A stretch of DNA of 64,000 nt from Pirellulales bacterium (GCA_963733035.1 CAVTBU010000005.1:992001-1056000), one strand, 5' to 3'; counted from the first letter of the stretch, positions 42,801 through 53,295 are shown. Notes: generated from the sequence alone by a model not told the origin. Translations and numbers: made by a program.

Positions 42801-45800
42801 CGGAGGCCCAACAGGGGCGTTTGCTGTTGGTCGACGCAGATGGGTTGGCCGAAGCCAGAATCTCGCCCCAGACGCGAGTCACGCTTCCGGCCGGTCCGAC
42901 TCCGCTCGTACGCGGCCTCACCATGCTCCGTCAGGCGAGGTTATTGCCCATTGCCACTCCGGCCGCCATCATCGTCACCACGGCTGCTCGCGCGGCGACG
43001 TATCGCGATCAATTGGTAGTGGATGAGGATGGTCATGCAGTGGCCGTTGCCGGTGGTTTCCTGTCGACCGCCGCTCACCGCGCGGCCGGTGGCGATGTCG
43101 TTGGAGGAATAGAAACCCTCGAACTTTGGCGTGCCGATTCAAACAGCCAGCCAGTGACCTGGGTGGATCCCCCTCTCCCTCCATTCGCCGACATCGATCC
43201 ACTTGGTTGGCGAAGCTACACCGTCCAAATCCCGTCCCACAGAGCCGCAACGATAAGCCTAATTCACGCCACCCGACTACAATCGCTGACCTGGGCGGTG
43301 CTCTTGGCGACTGTGGGAGTTGGACTCTGGCGATCCGTGATTGGCGGACTGGGGTTGGTGCTGATTGTCGGTGGCTCGGCTGTGACCAGCCTAGTCGTTT
43401 CGCCCGCGCTGGCGACCCTTTTTAGTGCCGCAACGGTGGGGGGCCTCTTGTGCCTGGCTGCCCGAATGGTGCGCATCGAGCCGCGAACAACGATTGTGCC
43501 CGACGCCGCGGATGGAGTGTCGAAGGCTCGGAGCAGCTACGTTCAACCGGTAGCCACAATTTTACTGGTGATGGCATTTGTCCAACTTGCCGCCGCACTT
43601 GATGCAGCCGAACCCTCCGGCGTTGCTGAGCCCCCCTTATATGCGGTGCTCGTGCCGATTGACGCCGATCAGCATCCGGTTGGCGACAAATACTATGTCC
43701 CGGATACGTTGTATGAAGAATTGCTGCGACGTGCGGCGGAGATAGCTGGTACTCCCAAGGCTTGGATTGTGACAGGTGGTGCATTCGAAGGTGCCCTTTT
43801 GCGCGATCCAGTCAGTTCGCAGCTCGATCTCGCGCGGCTTGACGTGAAGTTCGATCTCGAAGTCTTTCAGGCCAATGTGCCGGTACGGCTTCCCTTGCCG
43901 CGCAGTGTCTGGGGCACTGCTATCCGGTCCGTGCGCTTTGATGGGCGCAGTATTTCTCCACGCTGGTCCTTCGCCGGTGACGCGATGGAACTAGGAACGA
44001 CCGCTGTTGGCTCGCACCGGCTGGAACTCGACGTTTTACCTACTCTCCAAACGGAAATCCGCCACCAGCGTTTTGACCTACCGATTCCGCGGCTAGGTCA
44101 GGCGAACCTTAAGTTGTCGTTCCCGCAAGACGTCACGTCGATCGACGTGCCTAGTGCTCGTGGCCGCGTTGAATTCACCTCGGGCGGTGGTGAACTTCGC
44201 GCTCAAGTTGGTGGCTCGGACCGGCTTTCCGTTCGCTGGCCAACTGTAAATGGAACCGACGCCGCTACGGCGAACCTCGAGGTTGAGGAGCTAATTTGGA
44301 TTAAGGTCCGGCCCGGAACGACGGTTCTGGACGCGCGTTTCAAATACCGGGTGCTCTCAGGGCGCATTCGCACTTTGCGGCTCCTCACTGACTCGCGATT
44401 GCGTTTGCTCACATCGCCGGCGGCACCTTCACCTGTCACTGCCGTGCATACGATCCCGGGTGATCCGCAGCGCATTGAGTTGGAACTCGCCGAGGATGTC
44501 GCCGACCATGTCACAATCGATCTATCGTTCCTTGTGACCCGTGCGTCGGGCGTCGGCAGTCTAAGGCTCCCGCGTTTGGAGTCCGTGGACGCCCGCGCGA
44601 TGCGCAGATGGTTGGGTATGTCGGTGGATGTTGCTTTGCAACATCGTGTACAAGCCGGCGAAGACACGCGCGTTCTGGACACCGGCGAGTTCGTCGGCGC
44701 ATGGGGGCCTAGCGACGCAAAGCCGCTGCAGTCTTTTAGCATTCCCCGAGGTGAACCCATCTGGTTTTTGGCCACACAGCCCGGAGAACCAAAAACCACC
44801 GTTGAACAGACCACGGCAGTCAGCCTGGGAAGAAACTCGGCGGAAGTTCGCTTCGGCGCGGCAATTTCAATTTCTAGCGGCGTGCTGGCTCAATTAGCCA
44901 TCGAAGGCCCACGAGGTTTCTCCGTCGAATCTATTTCAGTTCCAGAGCAAGACGTCGAACGGGTTGCTCGCTGGTCGATTGATGAATCCGGGCGCGTAAC
45001 CGTATTCCTCACCGCGCCAATCGAGGGGAAACAATTCCTATCGATGCGTGGCCGATGGATACTTCCAAACGATAGTCCAATCACGATTCCCAATTGGAAG
45101 CTTCTTGGTGCCGACGCAACACGTCGACATCTGCAGCTCTATCGCCAACCCGCTGTTTTGGCGACTGTCAAACCCTCGGTCGGTGCACGACCACTTGAGG
45201 ATGTCGTGTCACAGCGATCGAACAGCTTGGGCGCTCCATGTGGCGGATTTTCACTCGACGACGAGGGTGCAAGCGTTGAAGTGACTCTCATGCCAAACGA
45301 GCCCAAACAGAAGGCCTCGGCCATCACATATCTTGAGCACCGTGACGATCAGTGGCTTGCGGAGTTGCAGTATCACGTCGATGTCGCCGGTGGGCTGGCT
45401 GACTCATTGCAGTTTGAAATTCCTCCCCAATGGTCAGAGCCGTTTCGCGTTGAACCCGCGGCCGAGTTGTCCGTTGTAACGATGGCCGGTGAACAGCGTA
45501 GACAACTCACGCTTACGCCTTCGAAGCCATTGGCCGGGAAGCAGACGTTCCTAGTGCGAGGTCGGGTAGCGCCGTCTCCGGGTGACCGATTGAGCGTGCC
45601 CGACATTCTTCCACTTAACGTTGACGAATTGCAGAGGTTCGTTGTCCTGCCGCGATACTTCGAGTCGCAACAAGTCACCTGGGATACGCTGAGATTATCT
45701 CCGGCCCGGCTGCCAGCCGAATTCTTGCCGCGGCATTGGCAGGCCGACCAGATGGCGGTTTACCACGTCGCCGGGGAGCATTTTCAAGCTTCGTTGAAGG

Positions 45801-46855
45801 CCGTCCAGCGCCAACAAGCCACTGCGAGCGTCAAGCTCGCTGACATTCAACTGGCTTGGCTGCCGAACGACGGGTATCAGGCGTCGGCTGCGTTCGATGT
45901 GGAGCCCGGTGGAGCAACGCATTGCCTGCTCGAACTCCCGGCGGATTGCGAACTCGTTCACTTGGCCGTGGAACAACTTCCAGCGTCGATTGTCCCAGCT
46001 GGCAGAAACAGATTTCATGTATCGCTCGGCCCCGAACAGCTACCTCAGCGCATTGAGTTGCTCTATAGCGGTTCTTCGCTCGGTGACTTTCCCATTAAGG
46101 AATTTGTGGCCCCGCGACTCATCGGTTTGACAGTCGAGAAGACACTATGGACTGTGTACGCACTTCCTCGCTTTGGCCCGGCCACGACGAATCAACGTCT
46201 TGACCAAATCGCTCCCGGCGAAAGGCAATTGGCTCGACTAGAAGCCATCGCAGACCTGGTCCAATTGCCCACGGAAGTGGTCAGTGAGCACTTGCCTGAG
46301 GAAATCGCCCGCTGGTATGACGTTTGGCGCAAACGCTATTGGACAGGGCGATTGGCGCTGCGGCACGATTTGATCGAGGCCCGCCGTGAAACGGCCCAAT
46401 CGGAAGAAAGTATCGCCGCGCGTCAGCTCGATCGGCAGATGACGGCAATGGACAAACGGCTAGGAGCCGGTCAATCGGGTCTCCCACCACTGCTGGCCGG
46501 GGATACGACCACGCGACTGGCTGCCGCTGAAAGCTCCAACTTGCGAGCGCAGCATTTTTTGGTGACCTCGCCAACGGGCAATTTGCAGCTGCGATACCTG
46601 CAAGATAGCAGCGAGCGTGTTATGCCACGCTGGTTAGCCGTGGCCGCAATTCTGTTCGTTTGCGGCCTCTCTTTCAGGTCGTTCAGCGGGCGACCGTTTC
46701 CGCAGTGCACGCCGTTGACCATGGTGAGTGGACTGGCCTTTATCTGGTGGCTCCTCTTGGCTCCAAGTTTCCTTGGGTTAATCGCACTAGTCTCGATCGC
46801 AGTTGCATTGATCTGGAAACGTTGGTCGTGGACGCATGGCGTTGCCATCCGCTAG
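39833..46855 (+). CDS. giant hypothetical membrane protein (2340 aa)
   Basis: ATGA overlap with upstream gene; signal peptide; central and C-terminal TM clusters. Confidence 0.85.
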   Translation: MSWRQYFVASCSLLCLTMGTLVCQAEEPQREQTRLRFHRLYLPEEDIEARTWNQRYLPVDAEAFERDLQTVSNGERGVPTASRARFERAEYRAQLVGDDLLVGSFQLHLEFPAGPSTLLSLTPCSLAIESARWSEQAKHAVLGADPTGDLCLLVEGRQLECEWSRRGERTASGTVKFRLGLPACPMSRIEVTVPNGAEVVADHGVVSRRESDPGEASRWLVELGGNCEVELRIVPDEAGRDRRSLTLLRQATTYQFSSRGINVGAQLRLDVHGEPLTRLLVDLDPSLHLIEAKFGELALPWSATTDLETGQSHVHLDFPEPLVGTGRVLQLSAVAPLTTGHRFMLPRVQPQGVAWQEGTADLIIPSALLLEQLLTTGCRQSRVTALPAPLAGESIEIQSFEAGAKVEVLVDEPRKRLALQRAAVVEVKTDVIANRCALIVLGEQGRRHRVKIPLHDGWIVETVESSLPNQPVDWDLHESQDKPAELHVELVEGSRIVVQGHRVRPPADTFEASQLLMLDFTAFPGGTSLVSVRASEGLELRWSGTETLQRLDAAELSTEQLGLFPRLPEGVLFSEDEQFVRSRVSVSRRRPSYSADIHIDAALQNEALTETFTILCTPDASRIERLLIHFSQPRTEPLEWRLAGGNNSGQFSARKLSAGEQAKAGIQAAGEVWEILLQLARPGVFELRAERKAHFTVETPLSLVSVEGATTQRGTLSIRALGDTGIRLENRGLMSVPAELLDDDYYQTARATYHYQPADDDFETDPLVTVAPASPQQADTGAWVWDVRLMSRFASDGAVAHEAVLHIETAGRRAFPLELPAGTTLQEAWIDTERLALSDKGPWNIELPAGRSRVTLALRFSAVAHLPLLTSEIEPPVPDIGLPVVQRQWTVWLPPEYRLSDAEGYAQHELLPPLSWSERLFGPLGRSSADHIFNPLVAADWREIFRASSDMESARAAQNQLLESFGTLAATYADDEELTCGQLLSAASETEAQQGRLLLVDADGLAEARISPQTRVTLPAGPTPLVRGLTMLRQARLLPIATPAAIIVTTAARAATYRDQLVVDEDGHAVAVAGGFLSTAAHRAAGGDVVGGIETLELWRADSNSQPVTWVDPPLPPFADIDPLGWRSYTVQIPSHRAATISLIHATRLQSLTWAVLLATVGVGLWRSVIGGLGLVLIVGGSAVTSLVVSPALATLFSAATVGGLLCLAARMVRIEPRTTIVPDAADGVSKARSSYVQPVATILLVMAFVQLAAALDAAEPSGVAEPPLYAVLVPIDADQHPVGDKYYVPDTLYEELLRRAAEIAGTPKAWIVTGGAFEGALLRDPVSSQLDLARLDVKFDLEVFQANVPVRLPLPRSVWGTAIRSVRFDGRSISPRWSFAGDAMELGTTAVGSHRLELDVLPTLQTEIRHQRFDLPIPRLGQANLKLSFPQDVTSIDVPSARGRVEFTSGGGELRAQVGGSDRLSVRWPTVNGTDAATANLEVEELIWIKVRPGTTVLDARFKYRVLSGRIRTLRLLTDSRLRLLTSPAAPSPVTAVHTIPGDPQRIELELAEDVADHVTIDLSFLVTRASGVGSLRLPRLESVDARAMRRWLGMSVDVALQHRVQAGEDTRVLDTGEFVGAWGPSDAKPLQSFSIPRGEPIWFLATQPGEPKTTVEQTTAVSLGRNSAEVRFGAAISISSGVLAQLAIEGPRGFSVESISVPEQDVERVARWSIDESGRVTVFLTAPIEGKQFLSMRGRWILPNDSPITIPNWKLLGADATRRHLQLYRQPAVLATVKPSVGARPLEDVVSQRSNSLGAPCGGFSLDDEGASVEVTLMPNEPKQKASAITYLEHRDDQWLAELQYHVDVAGGLADSLQFEIPPQWSEPFRVEPAAELSVVTMAGEQRRQLTLTPSKPLAGKQTFLVRGRVAPSPGDRLSVPDILPLNVDELQRFVVLPRYFESQQVTWDTLRLSPARLPAEFLPRHWQADQMAVYHVAGEHFQASLKAVQRQQATASVKLADIQLAWLPNDGYQASAAFDVEPGGATHCLLELPADCELVHLAVEQLPASIVPAGRNRFHVSLGPEQLPQRIELLYSGSSLGDFPIKEFVAPRLIGLTVEKTLWTVYALPRFGPATTNQRLDQIAPGERQLARLEAIADLVQLPTEVVSEHLPEEIARWYDVWRKRYWTGRLALRHDLIEARRETAQSEESIAARQLDRQMTAMDKRLGAGQSGLPPLLAGDTTTRLAAAESSNLRAQHFLVTSPTGNLQLRYLQDSSERVMPRWLAVAAILFVCGLSFRSFSGRPFPQCTPLTMVSGLAFIWWLLLAPSFLGLIALVSIAVALIWKRWSWTHGVAIR

Positions 46856-46864
46856 ATCGGTCAG

Positions 46865-47272
46865 TCAGCGCTTCGCGCTGAAATAGTGTGAGTAGTGCAT
46901 AAATCGAACCGCGGAGGGCCGACCGCCAGCGCTGCCACGCGTCGTATCCGCTCGGTTGTCGGAACCATTCGATCCGTGCATTTGCTGGTTTAACTGCTCA
47001 AGGGCCGTCCATTGGCGATTCAGTTCCTCTCGCTCCTCGAGCAGCGGGCGAACGAGCGCCTGGTAGTTGGACAAGCCACCGTTGTTGTTTGCGAGATTTA
47101 CATAAGGACTAACAGTTGGTCGCGATTCGATCGACTGGTAAGGACGGCTCCCAGGCCGATCGAACGGCCGCATTGATTGTGCCCTGGCCGTCACAGAAGT
47201 AGCTAGCCAGCACGCGCAACACATCAAAGATAGTTTGACAACTGAATTCAGCATGCCCGTGTTCTCCGTCAA
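46865..47272 (-). CDS. small secreted hypothetical protein
   Basis: Signal peptide; PTVSPYVNL..NYQALVRP; F.HYSHYF C-terminus. Confidence 0.7.
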   Translation of the reverse strand: MTENTGMLNSVVKLSLMCCACWLATSVTARAQSMRPFDRPGSRPYQSIESRPTVSPYVNLANNNGGLSNYQALVRPLLEEREELNRQWTALEQLNQQMHGSNGSDNRADTTRGSAGGRPSAVRFMHYSHYFSAKR

Positions 47273-47296
47273 GAGTATCCAACGCCGTGGGTTAAT

Positions 47297-48394
47297 TTAG
47301 AAGCCGACGCCGGAGTTGAATCCGAGGGGGTAGCGGTTGATGGTTTGGATGGCTTGGGTGCTGAGCAAGGTGACGCCGAACAGACGTTCGACGGGTGCGA
47401 TGACGCGGTTGAGTGTGGAATCCAGGGCGATCAGCGGATCCTGGGCGATGAAGATTCGATCGCCCGGCAGCACTTGGTAGTTGCTGGCCGTGGCGCCGCT
47501 GGCGGTGATTTCTTTCCAGTTGACCGGCAGAATCGCGTCGCAGCCGGCCCCGCCGGGCATCGGCCGGGCGATCCAGATCCGTTTGCTCGACACCCGGCTC
47601 AGACCGTTGACTTGCGTCAACGCGTCGAGCACCGTTTCGTTGCCGGTGACCGGGAAGCGGGCCACCGTGTCGCCCAGCCCGGCCCCTTCGGTCACCACGT
47701 AGTACACCTTGCTGTTGTAGGCGAACACGCTGATCGAGACCTGCGGGTTGTCGAGCTGCTCGGAAAGGTGCTCGTTGACCGCTTTGGTGGCCTCTTCCAG
47801 GGTCAGGCCGGCCACGTAGACCGAGCCGTAGCTGCCCAGGTTAACCGTGCCGTCGGGAGCCACCAGGTGCTCGCCGGTGATCGGTTGCATGCCGGCCGAC
47901 TGCGAGAGCTGCACCGAGACCTGGGGGTCCTTAACCACCTCGCGGAGCGAGGCTTCGATCTTGCGGGCCGCCTCGTCCTCGGTCAGACCGGTGACTTCCA
48001 CGCGGCCGGCCTCGCCGTAGGCGGGACCCAGATCAATGCGTCCCGAGGGGCTGACCAGGTACTGATCGGCGTTCGGGCCGCCACCGACCGGAGGTGTGGG
48101 AAAGCCGCCTTGCAGCTGAATGCTCAACACGTCGGTTGCCTGAATGTGATACGGCGGTTTGGGCACCACCCGGATGGCCTCGATGAACAGGATGTCGGGC
48201 GGTTCGATGGTATAGGGTGGGAGCGAGGTCTTGTCCTTCTCGGTGGGGACCAGGCCGCCGAACGGATCGCCCGTTTGGGGGCCTACAAGGCGGGGGTCGG
48301 GCCGATTGACCAGCGCATGGCAGCCGGACCCCAGCGTCAGCAACACCAGCAAGGCGAGCCCGCAAGCCCAGCGATCGACGTGTCGCGCCAGCAT
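47297..48394 (-). CDS. wza: polysaccharide export lipoprotein (Wza/Poly_export + SLBB)
   Basis: Lipobox LGSGC; YTIEPPDIL, V.PDG.VNL...GSVYVAGLT, ETVLDAL, PGDRIFI. Confidence 0.88.
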   Translation of the reverse strand: MLARHVDRWACGLALLVLLTLGSGCHALVNRPDPRLVGPQTGDPFGGLVPTEKDKTSLPPYTIEPPDILFIEAIRVVPKPPYHIQATDVLSIQLQGGFPTPPVGGGPNADQYLVSPSGRIDLGPAYGEAGRVEVTGLTEDEAARKIEASLREVVKDPQVSVQLSQSAGMQPITGEHLVAPDGTVNLGSYGSVYVAGLTLEEATKAVNEHLSEQLDNPQVSISVFAYNSKVYYVVTEGAGLGDTVARFPVTGNETVLDALTQVNGLSRVSSKRIWIARPMPGGAGCDAILPVNWKEITASGATASNYQVLPGDRIFIAQDPLIALDSTLNRVIAPVERLFGVTLLSTQAIQTINRYPLGFNSGVGF

Positions 48395-48927
48395 GGTCAA
48401 GTTGGCCAACCCTTGTCTGGACCTAGCCCGTCGCGGAGCGGAGCGCACCGGCGCCCTCAACGTCCTCCCGACCGTCACAGACCTACTAATCGGCAAACTC
48501 AACCAAACACTTTGCCCCCATTCCCACCCCAAACCAAAATCTCGGGGAGGTAAGTGCGCCGAAATGCCACGGATCCATCCATTTACCCCATTTTACTCAT
48601 GTAACAGTCGGATCTGCCGACCCAACGTGGGCGCGACTCGTATAGGTTTGCAGGACCTGCTTATTGAGCATTCTGTTAGGGGGTGATTGGTTCGTTGACA
48701 CTGCCTATTGGACAAGTACGATAGAGTGTAAGCATTTCGACTTTGGATCGTGGAAGGCCGCACCGTCAAAGGCTTCCAATCCGCGGTTCAATGGCTCTAC
48801 GGCAAGGCGGTTCGCGGCGGCTTCATTGCAGCTATCGGGTGTGATCGAACCGCGTCTGCCTCGAATCCCCAATTTGCCAGCCAGCCGTCCGAGCTGGTCT
48901 GTGCAATTCTCGAAAACTGGATGAGAC

Positions 48928-51900
48928 ATGAAACGCCTGAACGTCAAGCTGGCTCTTTGGCTCGTGGGAATTACGGTCTTTTCCGTGGTAGGTGGTTACT
49001 TTCTGCACGGATTTCAGGAGGACCGCAACGCTGAGTTTTTGAAGGTCCAAGCAGAACAAGCTCGCAATGAAGGCAATGACCAGGACGCAATCAAACACTA
49101 CAGCCAGTACGTCCGACATCGAGATGACGTAGAGGGCTACAAGGCGCTGGCGGAGTTGACTGTCAAGGTGGCCAAAAGCCCCAAGGCCACCCGAAACGAT
49201 CACATTCGGGCATACAACCTCTTGGAAGAAGCGATTCGCCGCTATCCCGACCTGGATGAGGCGCGTTCAAGTCTGATTGACTACACAATGCTGATGCGGC
49301 GGTACGGCGAAGCGCTCGATCACATAGCGTATTTGCAAGCGAACGGCAGCAAAGACACAAACCTCGAGCTCAAAAAAGCCATTTGTCAACTCAATAATGG
49401 CGAGGAAGATGCGGCCAGAAAGAAACTGTTCGAAATCGTCGGTTACGACTCCGAAAATCAGCAGTTTGCCGCTGAGCCACCAGCGACGGCCAAGGAAACA
49501 GAGGCCTATCTAATCTTGGCTCGACTATTTCGAGCCGAACGAAAGAACGACACCGCCGACGCGTTAATGCAGAAGTTGGTCGAATGGAATCCTGATTTGG
49601 CCCAGGCCCATATCACAAGAGCGGCCTATCTCCTCTCGGTTTGGGAAACGGTGCGGTCCGATACGCCCGAGGGACAGGATCTGAAAGCGCAATTGTTGGT
49701 CGATGCCAAGAACGAATTGAAACGTGCATCAGAAATCGAACCGGACGACGTCGACACATTGCTGATGACTTCCGGCATTGCCGTTCATGAACGTGACTTT
49801 CCACGCGCTCAGGAATTGCTCGATCGGGCGATGAAACTGAATCCCGAACGAGCTGACGTCTATCTGCGTCGTTCGGCGCTTGCGTTCGCTCAAGGCGATC
49901 AGGAAAAGGCCACCGCTGAACTCCAGACGGGGTTGGACAAGACTGAGAACGTGAAGCCTTTGCTCGAGCAGCTTGTGGAGATTCAGTTCACCCAACGTGA
50001 CCTGAAAGGGGCCAAGGCAACCTGTGAGAAGATGAAGAAGGTTGCGACGATTCCACCCGAGTACGTTGGCTATCAGGAAGCACGGCTCCAAATGGGTGAG
50101 GGGAAAGTGATCGAGGCTGCCCGGGCATTCGAAAAAGTTCGGCCTGCGATGGAGCGACTAGGCGGGCAATACCTCAACACGGTCAATTCGCTGCTCGGCC
50201 GCTGCTATGAAGTCCTAGGTATGCCCGACCGGCAGTTGGAGGTCTATCGTCGCGTCTTAAGCGCCTATCCGAACTTGCTTCAAGCCCGCATCGGTGAGAC
50301 CGCGGCATTGCAAGCCTTGGGGCGTCACGCTGAGGCTGAAACCTCCGTGAAGCTGTTGGCCAGCTCGGCGCTCAGGGATCCGGAACAGACCTCGCGGATC
50401 TTGCAGCTGGTAGTAAACCAGCAATTGAGTAAGCCCCAGGACGAGAGAGATTGGCAACAAGTCGAGAAACTGACCGCGATGCTGCAAGACGGTGGCAAGC
50501 AAACACCCCTGCAGACCCAGTTGTTAAAGTCACAATTATTGCTAGCTCAAGGTAAGTCCGGCGAAGCCCTGAAGATCTTGGGCACATTGCGAAAGGAACA
50601 TCCAAAAGAAGCTGGCGTCTGGATCGCCCTATGTAATCTCATGGCGAGCGAAGAAGAATACCGTGATCGTCTCCCGCAAGTGATCGCATTGGCTGAAAAC
50701 GCGTTGGGAGACGTTGCGCCGCTCCAGGCCGAACGCATTAAAATCGTGGCCCGTGAAGGTGGCGATGATGCGTCGCAGAAATTGCAAAAGCTCGAGGACG
50801 GAAACAAGACCTACGAGCCCAAAGAACAGCAAGCCTTGGTAGCCCTCTTGGGGACCGCCTATCTGCAGGTTGGGGACTACGAGAACGCCAAGCGATGCTT
50901 GAAGGAGGTGATGGCCCAAGAGGGGAGTAATCTGCGGGTTCGTCAGTTACTGTTTGACCTGGCGATGGAACGTAAGGACGACGCAACGGTCGAGGGGATT
51001 ATCAAGGAACTGGGCAAATCTCCCTACTTCGGTCAAGGCAGTGCGTTGTACCGATACTGCAAGGCAGCATACGAATTGCAAAAGTTCACCATCGGACGTC
51101 AAGGCAAAACCGGTGGGCTTTCAAAGGCAGAACACCAGCAATTGTCTGAAGTCCGAAAGTCTGTCGACGAAGCCATCGCATTGCGCGGGGAATGGGCTCC
51201 GCTCTGGCGGCTCCGTGGCCAAGTCGATCAACTCGACGGCAACGTGACGGGGGCAATCGCTAATTATCAACGGTCTCTCGACTATAGCCGGTCAGGACAA
51301 ACGGGAACCGCCCGCCGGCTCGTTACCCTCCTTTATGCGGCTCAGAGGTATACGGAAGCAAATGAAGCAATGCGGTATCTGGACGGATCCGAATTGCCTG
51401 ATGCAATGCGCAAATTGGTTGAGGCCACAAAGCAACGGGTTGGCGATACGAAAGCGGCGCTGGAGATGGCCCGAGCCGACCTGCAGAAGGATCCGGACAA
51501 TCCGGGCAACTACGTGTGGTATGGCCAATTGCTGGAAGGCGACGGTGATTTCGAAGGTGCCGAACAGGCATATCTGCAGGCCGTAGCCAAGGGGCCGAAG
51601 TTGGCATCCGCCTGGGAGAATCTCGTTCGCCGATTGATGTCCAACAATAAGAAACAGGAAGCAGTTGCGGCCGCAAAGAAAGCCGCGGAATCTCTGGGAG
51701 ACTCGCCTCTAGAACTGGGCCGCTTGTATCAGCGGGCCGGTGAATCTGCTGACGCCGAAAAGCGGTACAAGCAGGCACTGGCCAACGAACCGGACAACTT
51801 GATGATTATGCGGCACCTGGCGGAACTTTATCTGAGTGAGGAGAACATCAAAGCTGCGCTAGCCCAACTCGACAAGATCATCGAGAAGGCCACGGTCGCA

Positions 51901-53295
51901 AAAGATCCGCAATCCGCCGCTCATGCGGCTTGGGCTCGCACGCAGAAGGCCCAGAATTTCGCTCCCTCGCGCGACTATGGAAATACAATGGAAGCCGTCA
52001 AACTCGTCGAGCAAAACGCTCAAGACGGCAAATTGGCGACGAATGACATGTTGACCATCGTGTCGTTGCTGGCGCCGCGCATGGATGAACCGCCGTCCCG
52101 TGCAAGAGCAATTGAGCTACTGGAAAAGGTTCGGCTCACAGATAAGCTCAATGCCGCGCAAATGGTCGCGCTTGGGCGACTGTACGAACGTGACGGAAAC
52201 TGGGATCAAGCGCGAAATACGATGTCGGCGGCAATGAGCATGGGCGACGACAATCCAGAAGCATGTTTAATATTCGCCGAAATGCTCTTCGACCACGAGG
52301 ACTTCGAGGAGTCGCAGCGATATGTCGATCGAGCCCAAGATTTACTACAGAATACTTTGGCACAACCTTCGAGCCCACTAAGCCAGAGTGCACGAGTCCT
52401 GAGAGCTCGCTTGTTGGTAAGAGATGGAAAGTCAGAAGAAGCCGTCAAAGTACTGGAGGGCTGGCTGCCAAGACCGCTTCCGCAAAATGGACTCGTGTGG
52501 CTCCTGCAGGTCGCGCAGCAAGCGGAGTCCCTCGAACTGAATGATGCCGCCTCTCGTCTCTTCGAGGAGTACGCTTCCTTGGACCCAACGACGGGCAAGT
52601 TGGCGCTGGCGGCCTACCGAGGTCGCCGCGGAGACATCGAGCAGTCATTCGCCTTGCTCGAAGATTCTCACGAAACCTCGCCGATGATCGAAATCCTGCC
52701 GATCGCGTTGGCCAACGTGCGGGCCTTTCCGGAAAAGATCACCCCAGGGCAATTCAAAATGCTCGACGCGTGGGCCAAGACAGCGTTGAAACAGAGTAAG
52801 GATCCAGCGCGGCTGAAGCTTTTGATTGCCGAAATGTACGATCTTCAAGGTCGCTACGACGACGTCATCAAGGTCTATCGCAAGATGCTTGCCGATCCCG
52901 AGATCTCGCGTATTTATAAGGCTTATGTCCAGAACAATCTGGCGTTTATACTTGCGGCAGTCAATCCGACCCAGCAGAGCGGCGCCGAGGCCGAAAAGTT
53001 GATTGAACAAGCAATTGCCGTTTTGGGCCCGACCTCCGATCTGCTCGACACGCGGGCGCTTTCCTTCCTGGCTCAGGGGAAAGTGGACGAAGCGGCGGCC
53101 GACCTGAGAACGGCTGTCGACGACCGTCCGACAACGTCGAAGTACTATCACTTGGCTCAGGTCGAAAAGCGCCTCGGAAACGCTGACGCGGCCAAAATCG
53201 CGATTGCCAAAGCCGAGGAATTGCACGGCGGCCGTAATAGTTTTACGCCTGCCGAACGCAAGGGTTACGAGCAACTCAAAAGTGAAATGAATTAG
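48928..53295 (+). CDS. large TPR-repeat protein with N-terminal membrane anchor
   Basis: Many TPR-like helical repeats; NNLAFILA..LLDTRA..YHLA C-terminus. Confidence 0.88.
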   Translation: MKRLNVKLALWLVGITVFSVVGGYFLHGFQEDRNAEFLKVQAEQARNEGNDQDAIKHYSQYVRHRDDVEGYKALAELTVKVAKSPKATRNDHIRAYNLLEEAIRRYPDLDEARSSLIDYTMLMRRYGEALDHIAYLQANGSKDTNLELKKAICQLNNGEEDAARKKLFEIVGYDSENQQFAAEPPATAKETEAYLILARLFRAERKNDTADALMQKLVEWNPDLAQAHITRAAYLLSVWETVRSDTPEGQDLKAQLLVDAKNELKRASEIEPDDVDTLLMTSGIAVHERDFPRAQELLDRAMKLNPERADVYLRRSALAFAQGDQEKATAELQTGLDKTENVKPLLEQLVEIQFTQRDLKGAKATCEKMKKVATIPPEYVGYQEARLQMGEGKVIEAARAFEKVRPAMERLGGQYLNTVNSLLGRCYEVLGMPDRQLEVYRRVLSAYPNLLQARIGETAALQALGRHAEAETSVKLLASSALRDPEQTSRILQLVVNQQLSKPQDERDWQQVEKLTAMLQDGGKQTPLQTQLLKSQLLLAQGKSGEALKILGTLRKEHPKEAGVWIALCNLMASEEEYRDRLPQVIALAENALGDVAPLQAERIKIVAREGGDDASQKLQKLEDGNKTYEPKEQQALVALLGTAYLQVGDYENAKRCLKEVMAQEGSNLRVRQLLFDLAMERKDDATVEGIIKELGKSPYFGQGSALYRYCKAAYELQKFTIGRQGKTGGLSKAEHQQLSEVRKSVDEAIALRGEWAPLWRLRGQVDQLDGNVTGAIANYQRSLDYSRSGQTGTARRLVTLLYAAQRYTEANEAMRYLDGSELPDAMRKLVEATKQRVGDTKAALEMARADLQKDPDNPGNYVWYGQLLEGDGDFEGAEQAYLQAVAKGPKLASAWENLVRRLMSNNKKQEAVAAAKKAAESLGDSPLELGRLYQRAGESADAEKRYKQALANEPDNLMIMRHLAELYLSEENIKAALAQLDKIIEKATVAKDPQSAAHAAWARTQKAQNFAPSRDYGNTMEAVKLVEQNAQDGKLATNDMLTIVSLLAPRMDEPPSRARAIELLEKVRLTDKLNAAQMVALGRLYERDGNWDQARNTMSAAMSMGDDNPEACLIFAEMLFDHEDFEESQRYVDRAQDLLQNTLAQPSSPLSQSARVLRARLLVRDGKSEEAVKVLEGWLPRPLPQNGLVWLLQVAQQAESLELNDAASRLFEEYASLDPTTGKLALAAYRGRRGDIEQSFALLEDSHETSPMIEILPIALANVRAFPEKITPGQFKMLDAWAKTALKQSKDPARLKLLIAEMYDLQGRYDDVIKVYRKMLADPEISRIYKAYVQNNLAFILAAVNPTQQSGAEAEKLIEQAIAVLGPTSDLLDTRALSFLAQGKVDEAAADLRTAVDDRPTTSKYYHLAQVEKRLGNADAAKIAIAKAEELHGGRNSFTPAERKGYEQLKSEMN

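Noticed and set aside
47345..48553. 402-aa plus-strand ORF
   Set aside because: Antisense shadow of wza, explained by codon bias; no recognisable motifs.
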